Notes: generated from the letters alone by a model not told the origin. Positions 37,380-51,284 are shown, numbered from the whole stretch's first letter. The stretch: 63,127 nucleotides of DNA, filler included, from Sphacelaria rigidula (GCA_964200075.2; 11 parts of 11 records of this genome joined end to end with filler, not necessarily neighbours in it), one strand, 5' to 3'. Made by a program: numbers and translations.

Positions 37380-39454
37380 ACATGGTGGAGAGGGGGTTGA
37401 ACGGGGAAAATAGATTTGTAGTTGTAGTACTTACCGTAAACGGTGGCTCAGTTTTTGGCTCCGCTCCTGGTGGCCGTCGGTCGGGTACCCTGTCGGGTAG
37501 GATTAGGTTTCTTCTTTTCGGGTGGATGGTTGATTTTACTTGGTGGCGTCACGCAGTTGCCTCCGGGAGGGGAGGGGGGATAAGCATTGACCCGCGGTCC
37601 TTTTCGAGGCGTGGAGTTGCTTCTCGAGGCAAAACGCCTCTTTCTCCTGTAACAAGTGCCGTTAAAAATCCGACAGGAGCTCGGTACGGGTGTCGTAGAA
37701 GCAGTCATGACACGTAATAACTTCTGGGTCATTATCCCCCGCCGACCGGTCGAACAGGGGTCTTTTGGCAGGGGTGGCTGTGCACCCGTAACAGGCGCAC
37801 GAATTGTTCTCGTCATGGTGCGGCCGTCGGCGTGGGCGTATACCCTGTCTTTACCGCCGTTGGGGTCGGCCATGCGGTGGTATTGAGTGCTGACCCCGAT
37901 GTCCACGCCAAACGTAAGGCAGAGGAAGGGGATCTGTTTCCTGGCGCCCTTCGGGACTGGCTTTGTCGCCTGGGATACAGACACGTGGGTGGTGCAGACG
38001 GAGCACCTGTCGATGTCGAACGAATCGGGAGAAGGACGAAGGGACGGTTGCGGAAAGTTTAGCGAGGAAAGTGCGGAAGGAAACATAGTTGTACTGTGAG
38101 CGAATGCGTGACGAGCGGGTATTGAAAGCAGTGATGTCAAGTAGGTGGCAAATAGGTTGCTTTCGGCAATGAGGTTACGAGCTGAGCCAGTCTGACGCAT
38201 TTTTGGGTGGTTGGTCATGTTTGCACGTCCCATCTAAGAATCGAAAGCTCAAATTTGAGTGGTACTCCTTGATGAACTTACAGTGGGAAAACCACCGGCC
38301 TGTTGGTAACTGTGGCATTCTATGCAAGCAAGTACAGCACGTAGGGGTGTGTTGTATTGCGTCAACAAAAGAAGGTGGGAGGTCCCCTTGTAGCGACCAG
38401 TTCCCCATGTGTGTTGAACCGTGGACTCAAAATGGGTGGTGTCAACTCCTATGGGAAATGACACCGAACACATGCATTCAATGGGCTGGGAACTGGACCA
38501 GTTAATACTGTATATCTTCATTGTTGCTGGAGTTAAACTGGAAATGGCTACGACAGCGCCAGTTGTCCAGCTCATCTGGAGGTGTTGTACCAATTGTCGT
38601 CACTGAGTATTTTTATGTCAGTTTATTATGGAGAGTTTATAACAAAGAAACACCATGTATAACTAGACTGCTCTATTGAAGTCTGCAGTCTACAGCAGTA
38701 CAGGTACCGCAAACTTCGTTGGTACTTTGTTGTTTTGCAGTTTTCATCTATCGACGACAGCGGGTCGGTCGACGGTTGGTCAGTCAAATATGGAAAACGA
38801 AATAAAGAAATGTGACTTAATTACGGTGGGACACTTGATGCGGAAGTGCCGAATGCCAAACCCCAATTGAATATTGCATGAATGGCGTTCTAAACATGAT
38901 GTAGTACATACCCACTATACCTCGTGATGTAGCAGACATGTACCCGATCCGAAAAAAAAACCATGCAACCGGCGGTCAAAAAATACACAAGCATTCTATT
39001 CAACGAGCCGCGGTGAGAATTTGCGCTCTTTGTCCCAAGGTACTGCCACCCTTGGCATACTTCTTTCTATCTTCAGGTCCTCATGCGGAGTCTCTGCTGC
39101 TGCATACTACAGATTGATGCTTTTCGAATCGCTAACCACGTTAGGAGACATTTTCGAGCAGTACAGGCCTCTTAGCGGCTCAATGTGAGTGGTTGCATTT
39201 TTCAAAACCATGTACGGCTGTTGCAGGGAAAATAGGTCAAACACCGTAATTTCTTCTGCCTCAGGCGGCGCTCCTGCGCGGCACCCCTCACCAGCCGGGA
39301 GGGGCGAGCAACTGGAAAAAAATCGATGTACTGGCAACTGGCGCGGCCAGTCTCAACCGAACTGAACAGACCTGATTGTTAACAGCCCTGAGAATAACGC
39401 TGTTTTTTCGTAGGGTTGGGGTGTGTTCGGTAGGGCATGATGAGAGTCTCTACA

Positions 39455-39875
39455 AATCTCACAGAACTAACGAGTACCGCGATGAAATTCGCACAGAGGT
39501 TGCAGAACCTATCGGGTAGGTATAGGAGGCTTACAGAGAATCCTGAACTTGTCGGATATTGAAAGAAGAGAGCATACGAAGTAGAAAATTGAACACGCCC
39601 CCGGATATTTGTACAAGGGTATAGGGGTATATCTTGTGTACAGAAAATACAGAACTGTCGGGTAAGGATATAGGGGGGTTACAATAGTCACGGAATTATC
39701 GTGGACCGGTAGGAGAGTAATCCACAAGTCATAGAACTATCGAGTGGGATTAGGAAAGCGTTACTGAAGTCACAGATCTATCGAGTAGGGGTATGCGAGT
39801 GTCACTAGAATCATAGAGCTATCGAGTAGAGCAATGCAGTCTTACAGAATTCATGGCAAATATCGGGTAGGTTGA
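39455..39875. repeat. Degenerate minisatellite, unit about 40 bp (ACAGAACTATCGGGTAGGGTAT core)
   Basis: Core recurs at about 39503, 39649, 39731, 39771 and 39813. Confidence 0.7.
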
Positions 39876-40499
39876 ACACTGCTTTCAGCGCCAGGCCTCG
39901 TTTCGGTACAAAAGTTTGGCTGACAGTCTCGCGGGATACTGTAGGTGCAACCATGTACTGTACCAAAACAGTTGTGACAAGTGTGCAGTACAGACAACTG
40001 TGTCGTCTGTATACATTAAGACGTGAAAAATGCTTGAACAATGTGCAATACAGACAGTGTAATACTGCCTATAACAGCAAATTGTGAGAATTGAGGTTTA
40101 ACTCTGAATTGAGGCTCAAGTGGGCAACCCAACTTGCGNNNNNNNNNNNNNNNNNNNNNNNNNNNNNNNNNNNNNNNNNNNNTTAATTAATTAANNNNNN
40201 NNNNNNNNNNNNNNNNNNNNNNNNNNNNNNNNNNNNNNAAGATTTTAATCCTCCGGGTTCTCATCCTCAATGAAAAGCACCATCCTCAACATAGATGATC
40301 GGCTGTTTATTCCTGCAAGGCAATGAATCTGAGTATATTCTTGGTTTTGCGTCTCAGGTTTGAGATATGCGCTCTTGATTTATTCTGCTGACTGAGGAGT
40401 ACGCTGTATCGCACGGGCGATTTTTCATAAGTTGAGGGCATTTCTTCGTGAAGAGTGGAAATTGTTTGTTGCCCTTACTGGTAGCTCATGGAGGGTATG

Positions 40500-41010
40500 A
40501 ACACGGGATCTTACACATCGGGGATGGATCTTTTATTGGGGACGAGAGACCCGGAGAATCAAGATCTTCGTATCAACACCAAATATTCTGAATATGGTTC
40601 TATTTCTTCACCTACTGATAGCTATTGACAACTGCTACAGATCAAAGAAAGTTGGATCTCGATCACCGGAACATTGGGGCTCTAGGTGAAAAAACAATTT
40701 CGGAACCATTTTGGCGTCCGTGTTTCGATCACCGAAATGTTGGGGTTCTAGGTGAAAAAACAATTTCGGGGAATGTCGGCTGTCCGAACGGACGCCAAAA
40801 TGGTTCCGAAATTGGTTTTTGATCTAGAGCCCCAACGTTTCGGTGATGGAAATCCAAATTTCTATGGCGTGTAGCAGGGTGTCAATAGCTATCAATAAGT
40901 GAAGAAATGGAACCATATTTAGAAGATTTGATGTTGATACAGAGATTTTTATTCTCCGGGTTTCTCATCCCCAATAAATGATCCATCCCCAATTTGTAAG
41001 ATCCCGTGTC
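40500..41010. mobile_element. Second full copy of the AACAC-MITE family (AACACGGGATCTTACA...TGTAAGATCCCGTGTC) with an internal duplication; fragment at 40239-40290
   Basis: Aligns end to end with 18439-18883; no clean TSD. Confidence 0.88.
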
Positions 41011-41958
41011 ACTATGGCAACATGGCTGCTACATATTATACTGTATATCTTGTCACATTTTTTCGGAATGCAGCACAAAGAGGTAGGTTGTGTGTTAGGT
41101 TGTGTGTTGTCATCTCATCTATAATTCTTGACGCCTGTCTTCACCTTTAGGCATATGTGCCGGCACATGAGCCGGGTCACAGAAAAGGTCAACACAACAT
41201 GATGATGTTATTTCTTTGTCGTTTTCTGTTTGTTTCATTACTCTACTAGTCTTCTGCGGTCCTTGCCTTCCTTCTTTTCGCTGGAGGGGTTTAACGATTC
41301 CTCCCCCTCGTCGACTGCGAAATCGAGTTTTTGTGTACCCTCGACATAGTCGCTGTCCACTGTTGGACATGACGTGAGGAAACATCCCAGATCGTGTGAC
41401 TTCACCGTGATTCGAATCCACGCCCCTATTCCGTGGCCCGTGGCGAAGGATAGATAGTTTTATCTCTTGTATCAATGGAGTGCCTTGACGTAGTCGACCC
41501 TATGACAGAGGGATCAGATGTGGAGTGGGCTCAGCATGCAGCGTCGTAGCTGCATGAGCGGGGTACTGTAGTCACACACACTCGACTACCAGTACCCGCA
41601 CGTACGCATTACTCTATCCGCACATGTGCATGTTCACTCAGTGTACCTGTTTACATGAACACCCCCGCTGAACCGGTACATCAGTCGTCGTGGCTTTTTC
41701 TCTCTCTCAAAATAAAAAAGTTTCAAGTGGGAAACCCGGCCGTCCGGGCAAAAACCCCCTCCCCTCAACAGCTTGTGCTCCGTCTAGATAATCCATGGAC
41801 GTCGGTCAAGGCAGATACACGACATGTCGGGAAACGCCCTACAAAACCCATGCCCCTCAAAGTAGCGTGGGTGGCTTAACCCAAAAAACGCATAAATGCA
41901 TCACTTGAACATCTAAAAATACCCGGCACGAGCACAATGGTACACACAAAAAACGTAC

Positions 41959-44900
41959 CTACTTGTCACCTTCCAAGTTCATAAAAAAACGTCTGTGCCT
42001 CGTAAACAGGATGATCAAAAGAGGCTTCGTCAAAATATCTGCATGCTGCCATCCTGAGCCCACATGTACAACCCTGACCTTTCCCGTCCCCACCAGCTCT
42101 CGAATGAAGTGATATCTCACGTCTATGTGCTTACTCCTTTCGGAACTGAGAGGATTCTCGGCCAGAGCTTTTGCTCCCTCGTTGTCCTCGTACGAAACAA
42201 TACCTTGGTTCTCCCCCCTTCCCGACACAGTCTGCGGCCGCAAGAACGTCATCACTGCCTTCACAAACAATCCCTCCTTTGCCCCCTCGGCCATCGCAAC
42301 ATACTCTGCCTCCGTAGTCGACAGAGTCACGCAGTGTTGCGTGCGGCTCGTTGCGGACACAACCACACCACTGTACATCACGGCTACCCCTGAAACCGAA
42401 CGCCTATCCGTTTCCTTCTTCGCGTAATCTGCATCGCGGAAAACTGAAAGCCCATCATGAGCTTTCTTGAACGTAAGTTCAGAACCCTTCGTCTCATTCA
42501 GGTACTTCCGAACTTTCATAACAGCTTCCCATTGCCTCTCGCATGGGTCATGCGACTGCCGAGCAAGCGCTCGTACCGAATTCGCGACGTCGGGTTTGAT
42601 GACTGTTGCCAGCCACATCAACCCCCCCCACTGCGTTACGGTATGGGTGATTCACCTTATTGTCTTCGCCCGTTGTCGGCCCCAACTTTACAGAAACAGA
42701 GGCAGGGATTTCCGAGTACCCCCTCACCTCAAAACGCTTCAGGAGGTTGTCCGTGAACGTGGTTTGCGTCACAGACAGCGTGCCTCTATCTCAGTCTCTA
42801 TCCACTACGCACCCCATGTACCAGGTTACTTCTCCGAGATTGTTCGTGGGGAACTTTTTGTTGAGGATTTGGCCCACCTTTCCTACATATTCCTCAGAAC
42901 CACTGATGAGGATGTCGTCCACATGGATAACTAAAATCACACGTACTTCTCCTGCATCCTCCATCTTGAAAACACATGGATCAGCTTCGCACTGCCCCAT
43001 CCCGACATCCTCCAGTGAAGATTTACACAGAAGACGAGACCACTGCCTGCCTGCTTGCTTGATCCCGTAAATAGATTTTTCAAGCTTTACGGTCACGTCT
43101 GTCAGAACGGAGCATCCTTCAGGCAATCTCATGTACACTTCCAAGGGTAGGTCGCGAGTAGAGTATGTACTCTTGAGTACTCGAGTAAAATACTGAAGTA
43201 TTTACTCTACTCGACGTTTGAGTAGGTCGAGTATGGCCTCGAATACTCTACTCAAATTTTGAGTAGGTCGAGTACGGTCTCATATATTCTACTCAAATTT
43301 CGAGTAGGTCGAGTACGACCTTAAATACTCTACTCAAATGTTTACTACGCACTGTCAGTAATACTTGAGTATAGAGTATCACTTGAGTATGGCCTCGAAT
43401 ACTCTACTCAAATGTTGAGTAGGTCGAGTACGGTCTCAAATACTCTACTCAAATTTTGAGTAGGTTGAGTATGGTCTCAAATACTCTATTCAAATTTTGA
43501 GTAGGTCGAGTACGACCTCAAATACTCTACTCAAATTTTAAGTAGGTACTCCCAGTAATACTCGAGTATAGAGGACCACTTGAGTATGATCTCAATACTC
43601 TACTCAAAGTTCGAGTAGGTTGAGTATGGTCTCAAATATTCTACTCGAATTTTGAGTAGGTCGAGTACGACCTCAAATACTGACTCAAATATTGAGTAAG
43701 CACTCTCAGTAATACTTGCATACAGAGTAACCCTTGGGTATGGTGGGTACCCCTGACAGTCGGCTACTTCGTGACGTCAGTTTACAGACGATGTTGAATG
43801 CATGGGCGAACGATGACCATTAATTAGATGGGCGGTATGACATCACAGCCAACAAGGAGTACGAGTGAGTAACGGCCATAAAAAAATCGAAAAGCGTCCA
43901 GGTGAACGAACCTACTTGCCCCAGCGCCCCATCTCACCAGCCCCCACCCACGGCAGTTCATACTCGATACCTCTTAACGCCTACGATATCACTTTCAGTA
44001 CAGGGTACTACTCATCGAGTAATCGAGTTCTCGAGTAGTCGAGTAGTCGAGTAGGTATCATCAAAATGAGCGACTCTACTGGCCACGGTTTGACAAGACA
44101 GTTTGACCTCAAATTAACACTCATCATGGGTGGACAACTCTAGGCATACCTCGGTATTTCCTCTCCCCGAGTTTGAGTATCTTGCGTACGAACTTGAATA
44201 TTGAAGTTGAAGTTACTGTATATGTTTCCGGTCCATCGGATCCGGCCTCAGATATTCCACTCAAATTTTGAGTAGGTCGAGTACGGCCTCCGATACTCTA
44301 CTCAAATTTTGAGTAGGCCGAGTACGGCCTCAAATACTCCACTCAAATTTCGAGTAGGTCGAGTACGGTCTCCAATACTCTACTCAAATTTCGAGTAGGT
44401 CGAGTACGGCCTCAAATACTCTACTCAAATATTGAGTACGCACTGTCAGTAAATACTTGAGTATAGAGTATCACTTGAGTATGACCTCATTACTCTATTC
44501 AAGTTTTGAGTAGGTTGAGTATGGTCTCAAATACTCTACTCAAATTTTGAGTAGGTCGAGTACGACCTCAAATACTTTACTCAAATTTTGAGTAAGCACT
44601 CTCAGTGATACTTGAGTATAGAGTATCACTTGAGTATGATCTCAATACTCTTCTCAAATTTCGAGTAGGTCGAGTATGGTCTCAAATACTCTACTCGAAT
44701 TTCGAGTACGTTGAGTACGGCTTCCAATACTCTACTCAAATGTTGAGTACTAGAAGTACGACTCTTCAAAAATACTGAGAATTGAGTATACTCTACTCGA
44801 CCCACCCTTGTATACTTCAGTGTTCATTTCCGCTTGAACAAAAGCCTGTGTCACATCAAAATGGTACAGCGGACACTCTTCCGGAACTGCAACTGCCATG

Positions 44901-45886
44901 AACAGTTTGATGGAGGCCATGGAGAGCGTTGCCGCGAAAGTCTTGAAATAGTCGACTGCAAAACGTTGTCCAAATCCTCGCGCTACCAACCTTGCATTTG
45001 CCTTCGTTACAGTACCGTCTGCGTCTTCCAACTAAAAACCCACTTCGCTGAAATCACGTTTGCTGCTCCCGGTACAGGGCCAGTCCAAAATGTTCCAGCC
45101 TTTTCGTGACCTCCTAGCTCGGCCTGCATCGCGCCTGACCATGCCTCTCGAAATTCTGACTTGGCAATGTCATCCATACTGGTTGGTGCTGCCTCTATTT
45201 CGCTCACGTGTAGGCCAACTGGTGAACGCAAACCGAATTCAGGCCGCCCTACCCTGTTTTCCTCAGCGACAAAACAAAAAAACTCGTTTTCAGCTAACTC
45301 GTGTTGAGTCGAAACGATTGCGTCTTGCCCAGCCACCTGTCCTGCTGCCGCGGTGATCAACTTCATGGTTGAGCATTGGTCCTCCGCCATTCCCGCTAGC
45401 GCCATCTCCGCTTCCTTCTTGCTTTCCTTCGCTCCGCCAGCCACCAGCGTTTCGTCTCGTGTGTGCGCCGACTCCATTGCCTCGCGCGTTTGGCTCCTCG
45501 TACGCCCCGCCCTTGGTGTTGGTACCCGGTCGGCCCACGCAAGACGGCGTTGCTCGGTCCTCGGGAGTTGAGGAGCGTCGCCGCCCCCCCCGCCATCTTG
45601 CGAGGGACCCGTGGAAGAGGGTGTCAGTGCGGGCAACGAGGCAGTGTCCGATGCCGATGTGAGCGTCGGCGTAGGTGTCGGCGTCTGCGCTGATGTCGGC
45701 GTCGGCGTAGGTGTCGGCGTCTGCACTGGTGTCGGTGTCGGCGTAGGCGTCGGCGTCTGCACTGGTGTCGGTGTCGGCGTAGGTGTCGGCGTTGATGATG
45801 ATGATGATGATGTTTCCGGCTCCACCTCACCCCCTCCGTTGACAAAATCTGGAACGGGGATCTCTGGTATCACCCCGCCTCCCCCC
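41959..45886 (-). mobile_element. Ty1/copia pol (IN-RT linker, RT, RNase H), degraded and split by a hAT-like insertion
   Basis: AKWVF, ARLVARGF, FDVTQAFV, SIYGIKQAGRQW, IHVDDIL, DADYA, STTEAEY, RSKHIDVRYH, ADILTK. Confidence 0.95.
43142..44810. mobile_element. 1669-bp non-autonomous hAT-like DNA transposon with tandem palindromic subterminal arrays
   Basis: TIR CAAGGGT(A/G)GGTCG; 8-bp TSD TACACTTC (43134-43141) / TATACTTC (44811-44818); excision restores RT TEVYMRLPEG. Confidence 0.9.
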
Positions 45887-48439
45887 NNNNNNNNNNNNNN
45901 NNNNNNNNNNNNNNNNNNNNNNNNNNNNNNTTAATTAATTAANNNNNNNNNNNNNNNNNNNNNNNNNNNNNNNNNNNNNNNNNNNNCCCCGGCTGATGCG
46001 CCCACATATCCCGAAAGGGGTAGACTGGCGCTCAGAATAAATGGGACGACAACACACACACTCCAGCTTGCGCTATCGTACTTTTCCTACATACAGCACT
46101 ATCAACTATAGCTGGCAACCTCTTTCTCTGCATGTTCTTTACGCTATATTGGAGGGGGGGGGGGAAGCGAGGGGGGCACGCCCCGTGTCCGAAACTCTCC
46201 TCCCGACAGACCCTTGGTCTAATTCCAAAAAGATCCCGCGTGAGGAATCGCTAAAAGCGTTTGGGGTGTTCGCCCTGAACCAGCTTCTACGAGTCTATGG
46301 AACAACTCTTGGAAAAAAATTCCCGGAATATGTCACTACTTGGTTTGAGTGGCAATATCGATATTCGGATCTTGAGTGCAGATTACAGACTGTTCCAAAT
46401 GTTCCTACGGCAGCATGAGCAGAATACGTTTTTGTCTACTTCCCTCTGCGTTCCCTTTGCCCCAGGGCTCTTGTTATTTTGTACCTTCGGTTGGGCCCCT
46501 TGGGGCATGTCTTAGCACATTTGTTTTCCGATCGAAAAAAAAGGCGGTGGAATTGATGTGAGCGAAATTCGCTTATTTTTGCCGAGTTGGGTCCAAGCGA
46601 ATTTTCAAGTTTTCGGTCGAAAAACGGCAGGGAAATTCGTGAACGGCACTTGGTCCCTTGTGAAAAATACAGACTGTGCACTGCACACGCGGCCATTCGG
46701 CAACCGTTGACGGTCCTCTAGGGGATTTTCCAACCGCCACCCTCAGTTCCATCCGTTTTGAAATCCCTACTAGAGGATCTTGGATATTCGCAATTCTCTG
46801 GAGGGTTTTCAATGTTGGGGTCTTCCTCGAAGGTCTGTGTCAATATCGAAATCCTCTCGATTGCTTTTAAAGGCACTCGTGCTGTGGAAATCCGGAATTT
46901 CAACAGTGTCTGCTGTTCGAAATAAATCCTCATGCCCAGTCACAATTTCAAGTTGGAATTGGGCATGGATGGTTTATTTCAAAAAGCTTCTGCTGTACAA
47001 ATCCCATACACTGGCAGATGAGATTTGTACAGCAGAAGCTGTTCGAAACAAGTCCTCGTTTTGCTCGCCAATTCGTCCTGAAATTGGGCAAAACAAAACT
47101 CTTGTGCGAGCAGTCTCTGCTGTTCAAGTCCCAAATACTGTACCGTAGTCAGGGTATGAGATTCGAGAGGCAGCAGAGGCTGTCGAAAACTCACCCTCGT
47201 GCCCCCCAACAAATATATTGATTGGGCAAAGAGATGATTCTTCAACAGCCTCTGCTGTGTACAAATTTCATACACTGATTGCGAGTGTATGTCCACACGG
47301 CCGTGATATGAAGCTTTAGCTGGGGATAGTGTGTGATCAGTATATACATTCCAACTGTATACATACAGGTCCTCACGATCCCTTAGTCCCGGGTCTACCA
47401 ACAACACAACGCGAAGCAATAAGTTCGATCAAACCACGAAAAATTCTAAACTTCTGATCGCGATTCACTGTACTTTGATAGGGATATGATCACAACAATA
47501 AGCACGGTATGGTGCTGTACTGGGCCATACAACACCGTGTAGGACAGCACCGTACCGTCCAGGAACGTGTGGTGCATGCCCTGTACTGTAAAGTTAGCGC
47601 GGCATATGCGCCACGTATGACTATACAATGTGGATGCCTGTACGTTTGAATATATAGGGATGCTATATGCCGTCAGCTACTGCAGTTCACGCGTTATTGC
47701 ATGCTCACCTGTACACTCAGCAGGATGTGAAAGGGAAGCCCGCAAAGTACGGTACAGACAGCGCAGGACTATATGTTCTCTGTTTACAGAGCGACGTGAA
47801 GAGAACTTGGATAACGTACAGCTTTGTACTGCCTGCACTGTCCATGAGTGTGTATGCAAGCCGGCTGCCTACCCTACCCCGCGTGATTCCGTCGTCGCGA
47901 TTCCGACCATGAAAGGAGAAGCTCATGCAATTTTCATCAACAAGACGTGCACCATACCCAACTGCGGCAGTGTATTTCTATACCCCGGTTTCCAACCCGT
48001 GCTCTTTGCTGCAGGGTTTGGTGGTAGCTGGTATAAGTTATGTAGGTTTTGCATCGTTCGGTCTGTGAACGGCGGCGGGCGTGGTAGTCTGTACTGTAAT
48101 ATTGCTGGAATCCCAAAAGTGCCCTGGAGGCGGTCAGGACATAAGTATCGTCCAGAGGCTTGATGTGGTGCGAGCTCCTTGGGTGAATTTACACACCGGA
48201 GAATATTGTTTTCCCGAATTTCCCCAGAGGCACCCTCAGTAAAATCATGTGCCCAAGGACATCATGTGCCCCTCTAGCGGCTTCGTTTACTGTCCATTCC
48301 AGAGGCATTATGACGCACGAGAGAGTATTTCATCCTCCGGAGGATCATTTTGCCTCCTGAGGGGGGGAAAACGCGATAGTGATATTTCAAGGAGCAGCCG
48401 ATTGGCCGCGTGTGTGCCTGCATAGGAGTCAAGTGCCGC

Positions 48440-49000
48440 TTCGCGCCTTTCGACCGCATGTTTTCGATCGAAAAGGTTATAATAGAGCGTGTCTTAGGCC
48501 GGATGTTATGGCAAACAGATTTTTGGCCCACTGATTATTCACTTTTGGGACATTTGACGCCCCGAAAAGGAAAACCCCCAACACAGGTCTCGTGCACTTT
48601 GCATCACCCCACAGAGAGAAGCCAAGCCCTTTTTTCAGATTAGCTTGGCTCCGAGATCTATTGGCCGCCGAACAAAAACTCGTGTACAATAACCTGTGCT
48701 TGCCAACATACGCCAGTTTGCCCAATTATCTGTGGAGATCACCGTAGATTTTATTGCACATGGATTATTGTTCAGCGGCTACTCTCGAAACCTTTGAGCC
48801 AAGCGAATCTGAAAAGTGGGCTAGGCTCCTCTCTGTGGGGTGATGCAACGTGTCCAAGACGTGTGTTTGCAATTTTCCCTGTTTGGGGGTCAAAAAGTGG
48901 GTCAAACGTCCCAAAAGTGAACAATCCGTAGCCAAAATTCTGTGTGCCGTACCATCCGGCCTCACACTGTTGTTCTTCGATCGGAAATGTGCGATGGAAA
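48440..49000. repeat. Diverged long inverted repeat (old foldback element)
   Basis: 48440-48680 is the reverse complement of about 48765-49000 (e.g. TTGCATCACCCCACAGAGAG / CTCTCTGTGGGGTGATGCAA). Confidence 0.8.
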
Positions 49001-51284
49001 ATGAAAACTCCGACCTGATACGAGCTGGGCCAGCCAACATTGGGTGTTTTTCTCAGTCAAGCGACGCACGGCGTGATATCAGGAGTTGGACGCTGAAATT
49101 TTGACAGCAGCTTTTTGTGATCGACGTGAAGAACATCCCGTGAGCAGCAAAGAAAGTAGGGGGAAAAAAAGAAGTTGTGGAAATTTAAAATTTCAGCAAA
49201 AACAAAATAGTGTCATAAATCCAGGAAAAATATGAGAATCTGCAGCTACTCACGGGATGTATCACTTCCTTGGGTGCAGAAGGTCTTCATGAAATTTCAG
49301 CTCAAGAGTCGTCGAATTGAGCCGTGCGTGCAACGTTTTGCGTGACGCTGCTGCACCCCTATAACTCAAGTGATGGGAGACTCCAATTATGGAGGTCATA
49401 TATTATGCAGTACATTCTTTTTCCATTTTTTCTCCATTCAGCGGTGGTGCCGTGCGTTACCAGGTTGGTCAACACTTCACAGTGCTATGCTTACATCGGG
49501 TTCATTCTGGAAACTGGGAAAGCTGTGGTGTGAGCAACCTTTAGCCGCTTTTAAGCTGGCCCAGGTCGTAGGTCGTGTTTTCAACCATCATAGTTTTTTA
49601 TGACGATGAGTTAAAATCACGACTTATCGTATCGGAATATTTGTTTTCCACCGCGCGTTTTCGATCGAAAAAAATGCCAAGGCACGCCCTTAGGGCTAGC
49701 AATATTTCGAACCTTGAATTTCCGAGAGCGTCCTTTAAAGAATCTCAGTGTTGTTCCTTTCCGATAATATGGAGGCATTTGCAAGGAAGACATGTACATT
49801 CTAGTAGTTTGGATAATATTCCGCCGATTCATTGATCTTCCGCTCAGAGAGGAGGTCAGCGTGGGAAGAGGGGTGGGCACTGTCACCTTCAACAGGTGGC
49901 TTCACATGCGATGCCCCACGGTGGAAAAGGTCGCATCACGCACGAGATACGTCACAGCACATGTCTCAAGTGATTACTGCTGAAAAGGTGTCTGTTTACG
50001 CTAAAACGGGGCGAAGTTGGTGCAGGGTTCTCAAGATGCGGGCCCCCCCCCGTGGGCATCCCTCTTGAAACGAAGATATACAACAGTATCACACAAATGA
50101 CGGCAGGCAATAGATTCTATACTGTGCGCGGTACACTTGTCACATCGTGTGCCGTATGTACTGACTGTAGAAATCTTTGCCCAGGGCGTAGTACATTCTG
50201 CAACTAATTTGGCGCGGTGACATAGTGAAAAAAACGCAACATATCGGCAAAGTGCAAGTGACACAATCGCCAACATATTCACGTGCAAAGTCTGGCCCAG
50301 GGTACTGTAAGTTGATATCGCTAGAAGAGCAATACTGTAATCACCTTGCCGACTGACAGACTGTCAGCGCTTGAGATACGCTAGCATTGCTACTGTCTGG
50401 ACGGGTATGTTGCCCTCTTGTCGGGTACGCTGGGGAGGGTCCATGGCAGAACGCAGTCATCGCGCGAGAAGCTCAACCTTGACATATCGAGCGTTTTGGA
50501 TCGGGAATCTTGTACCCCCGACCCTCGTGTATACGAGAGACCGTATACGCTGTTTCTTTGCTGGGTTTCTGCGGGTGTTCATCCCTATCTGGGCGAAGAT
50601 TAACGATGACGCCGGCAGTATCCGCGCCGGCCCGCGAGCCCGACCGACGACATACCTAGTATATTCGTCATCATCTAAGAAGTGTTGAATAAAACAAAAT
50701 GCTGGTGAGCCTGGTATCCACCGTTTCAATGCAGACAGGGCCTTCACCGCCTTCTACGGATGCACGAGCGACTGCGAGACCTTGCTCTTGTACCAACCAA
50801 CACATCTTTCAAGTTTCGGCGTCGTCACAAGCGAGGTGCAGGTTTTCTTCACCGCCAACCTTCGAAAACACCGCCTCCATATTATCTAAAAAGAACAAAA
50901 ACACTGATCTACGGAGTTGGAACCTGAGCTCGAAGAAAGAATTAGAGATGTACTCCGCTCCGTCTACTCCGGATATCCGCTCCGTTTGAAAACAAAATCC
51001 GCGGATTAATCCGTTCTTTATCCGGAGAATGTGTGACGTAGGAAATCCGAAATCCGGCCATTCCTGCGGCTCACAATCCGGATAAAAGCATACCAAAAGC
51101 CCCATCGAGCCTAGAATACGTACACCCCTAGCCTATATATATACCCCCTATACTATATGATATTTCATATACCTCAGTCTGTTTTTTCGGGGGGTATATG
51201 ATATAGAATGATATTTTTATGACTTTATATCAAAGCTATACCCTATATGGAGCCTTTTCAACAAAATGTGACTAGAAGGGTATA

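Noticed and set aside
37448..39340. 261-aa minus ORF and neighbouring ORFs
   Set aside because: No identifiable motif; possibly decayed element sequence, but this cannot be supported.
41620..41670. 3' LTR start of the minus-strand copia (AGCGGGGG then TGTTCATG at 41661)
   Set aside because: The PPT/TG junction is plausible but no matching other LTR end was found.
43195..44800. CRISPR-like array of palindromic repeats
   Set aside because: Units are contiguous with no unique spacers, there are no cas genes, the context is eukaryotic, and the array is bounded by a TIR and 8-bp TSD.
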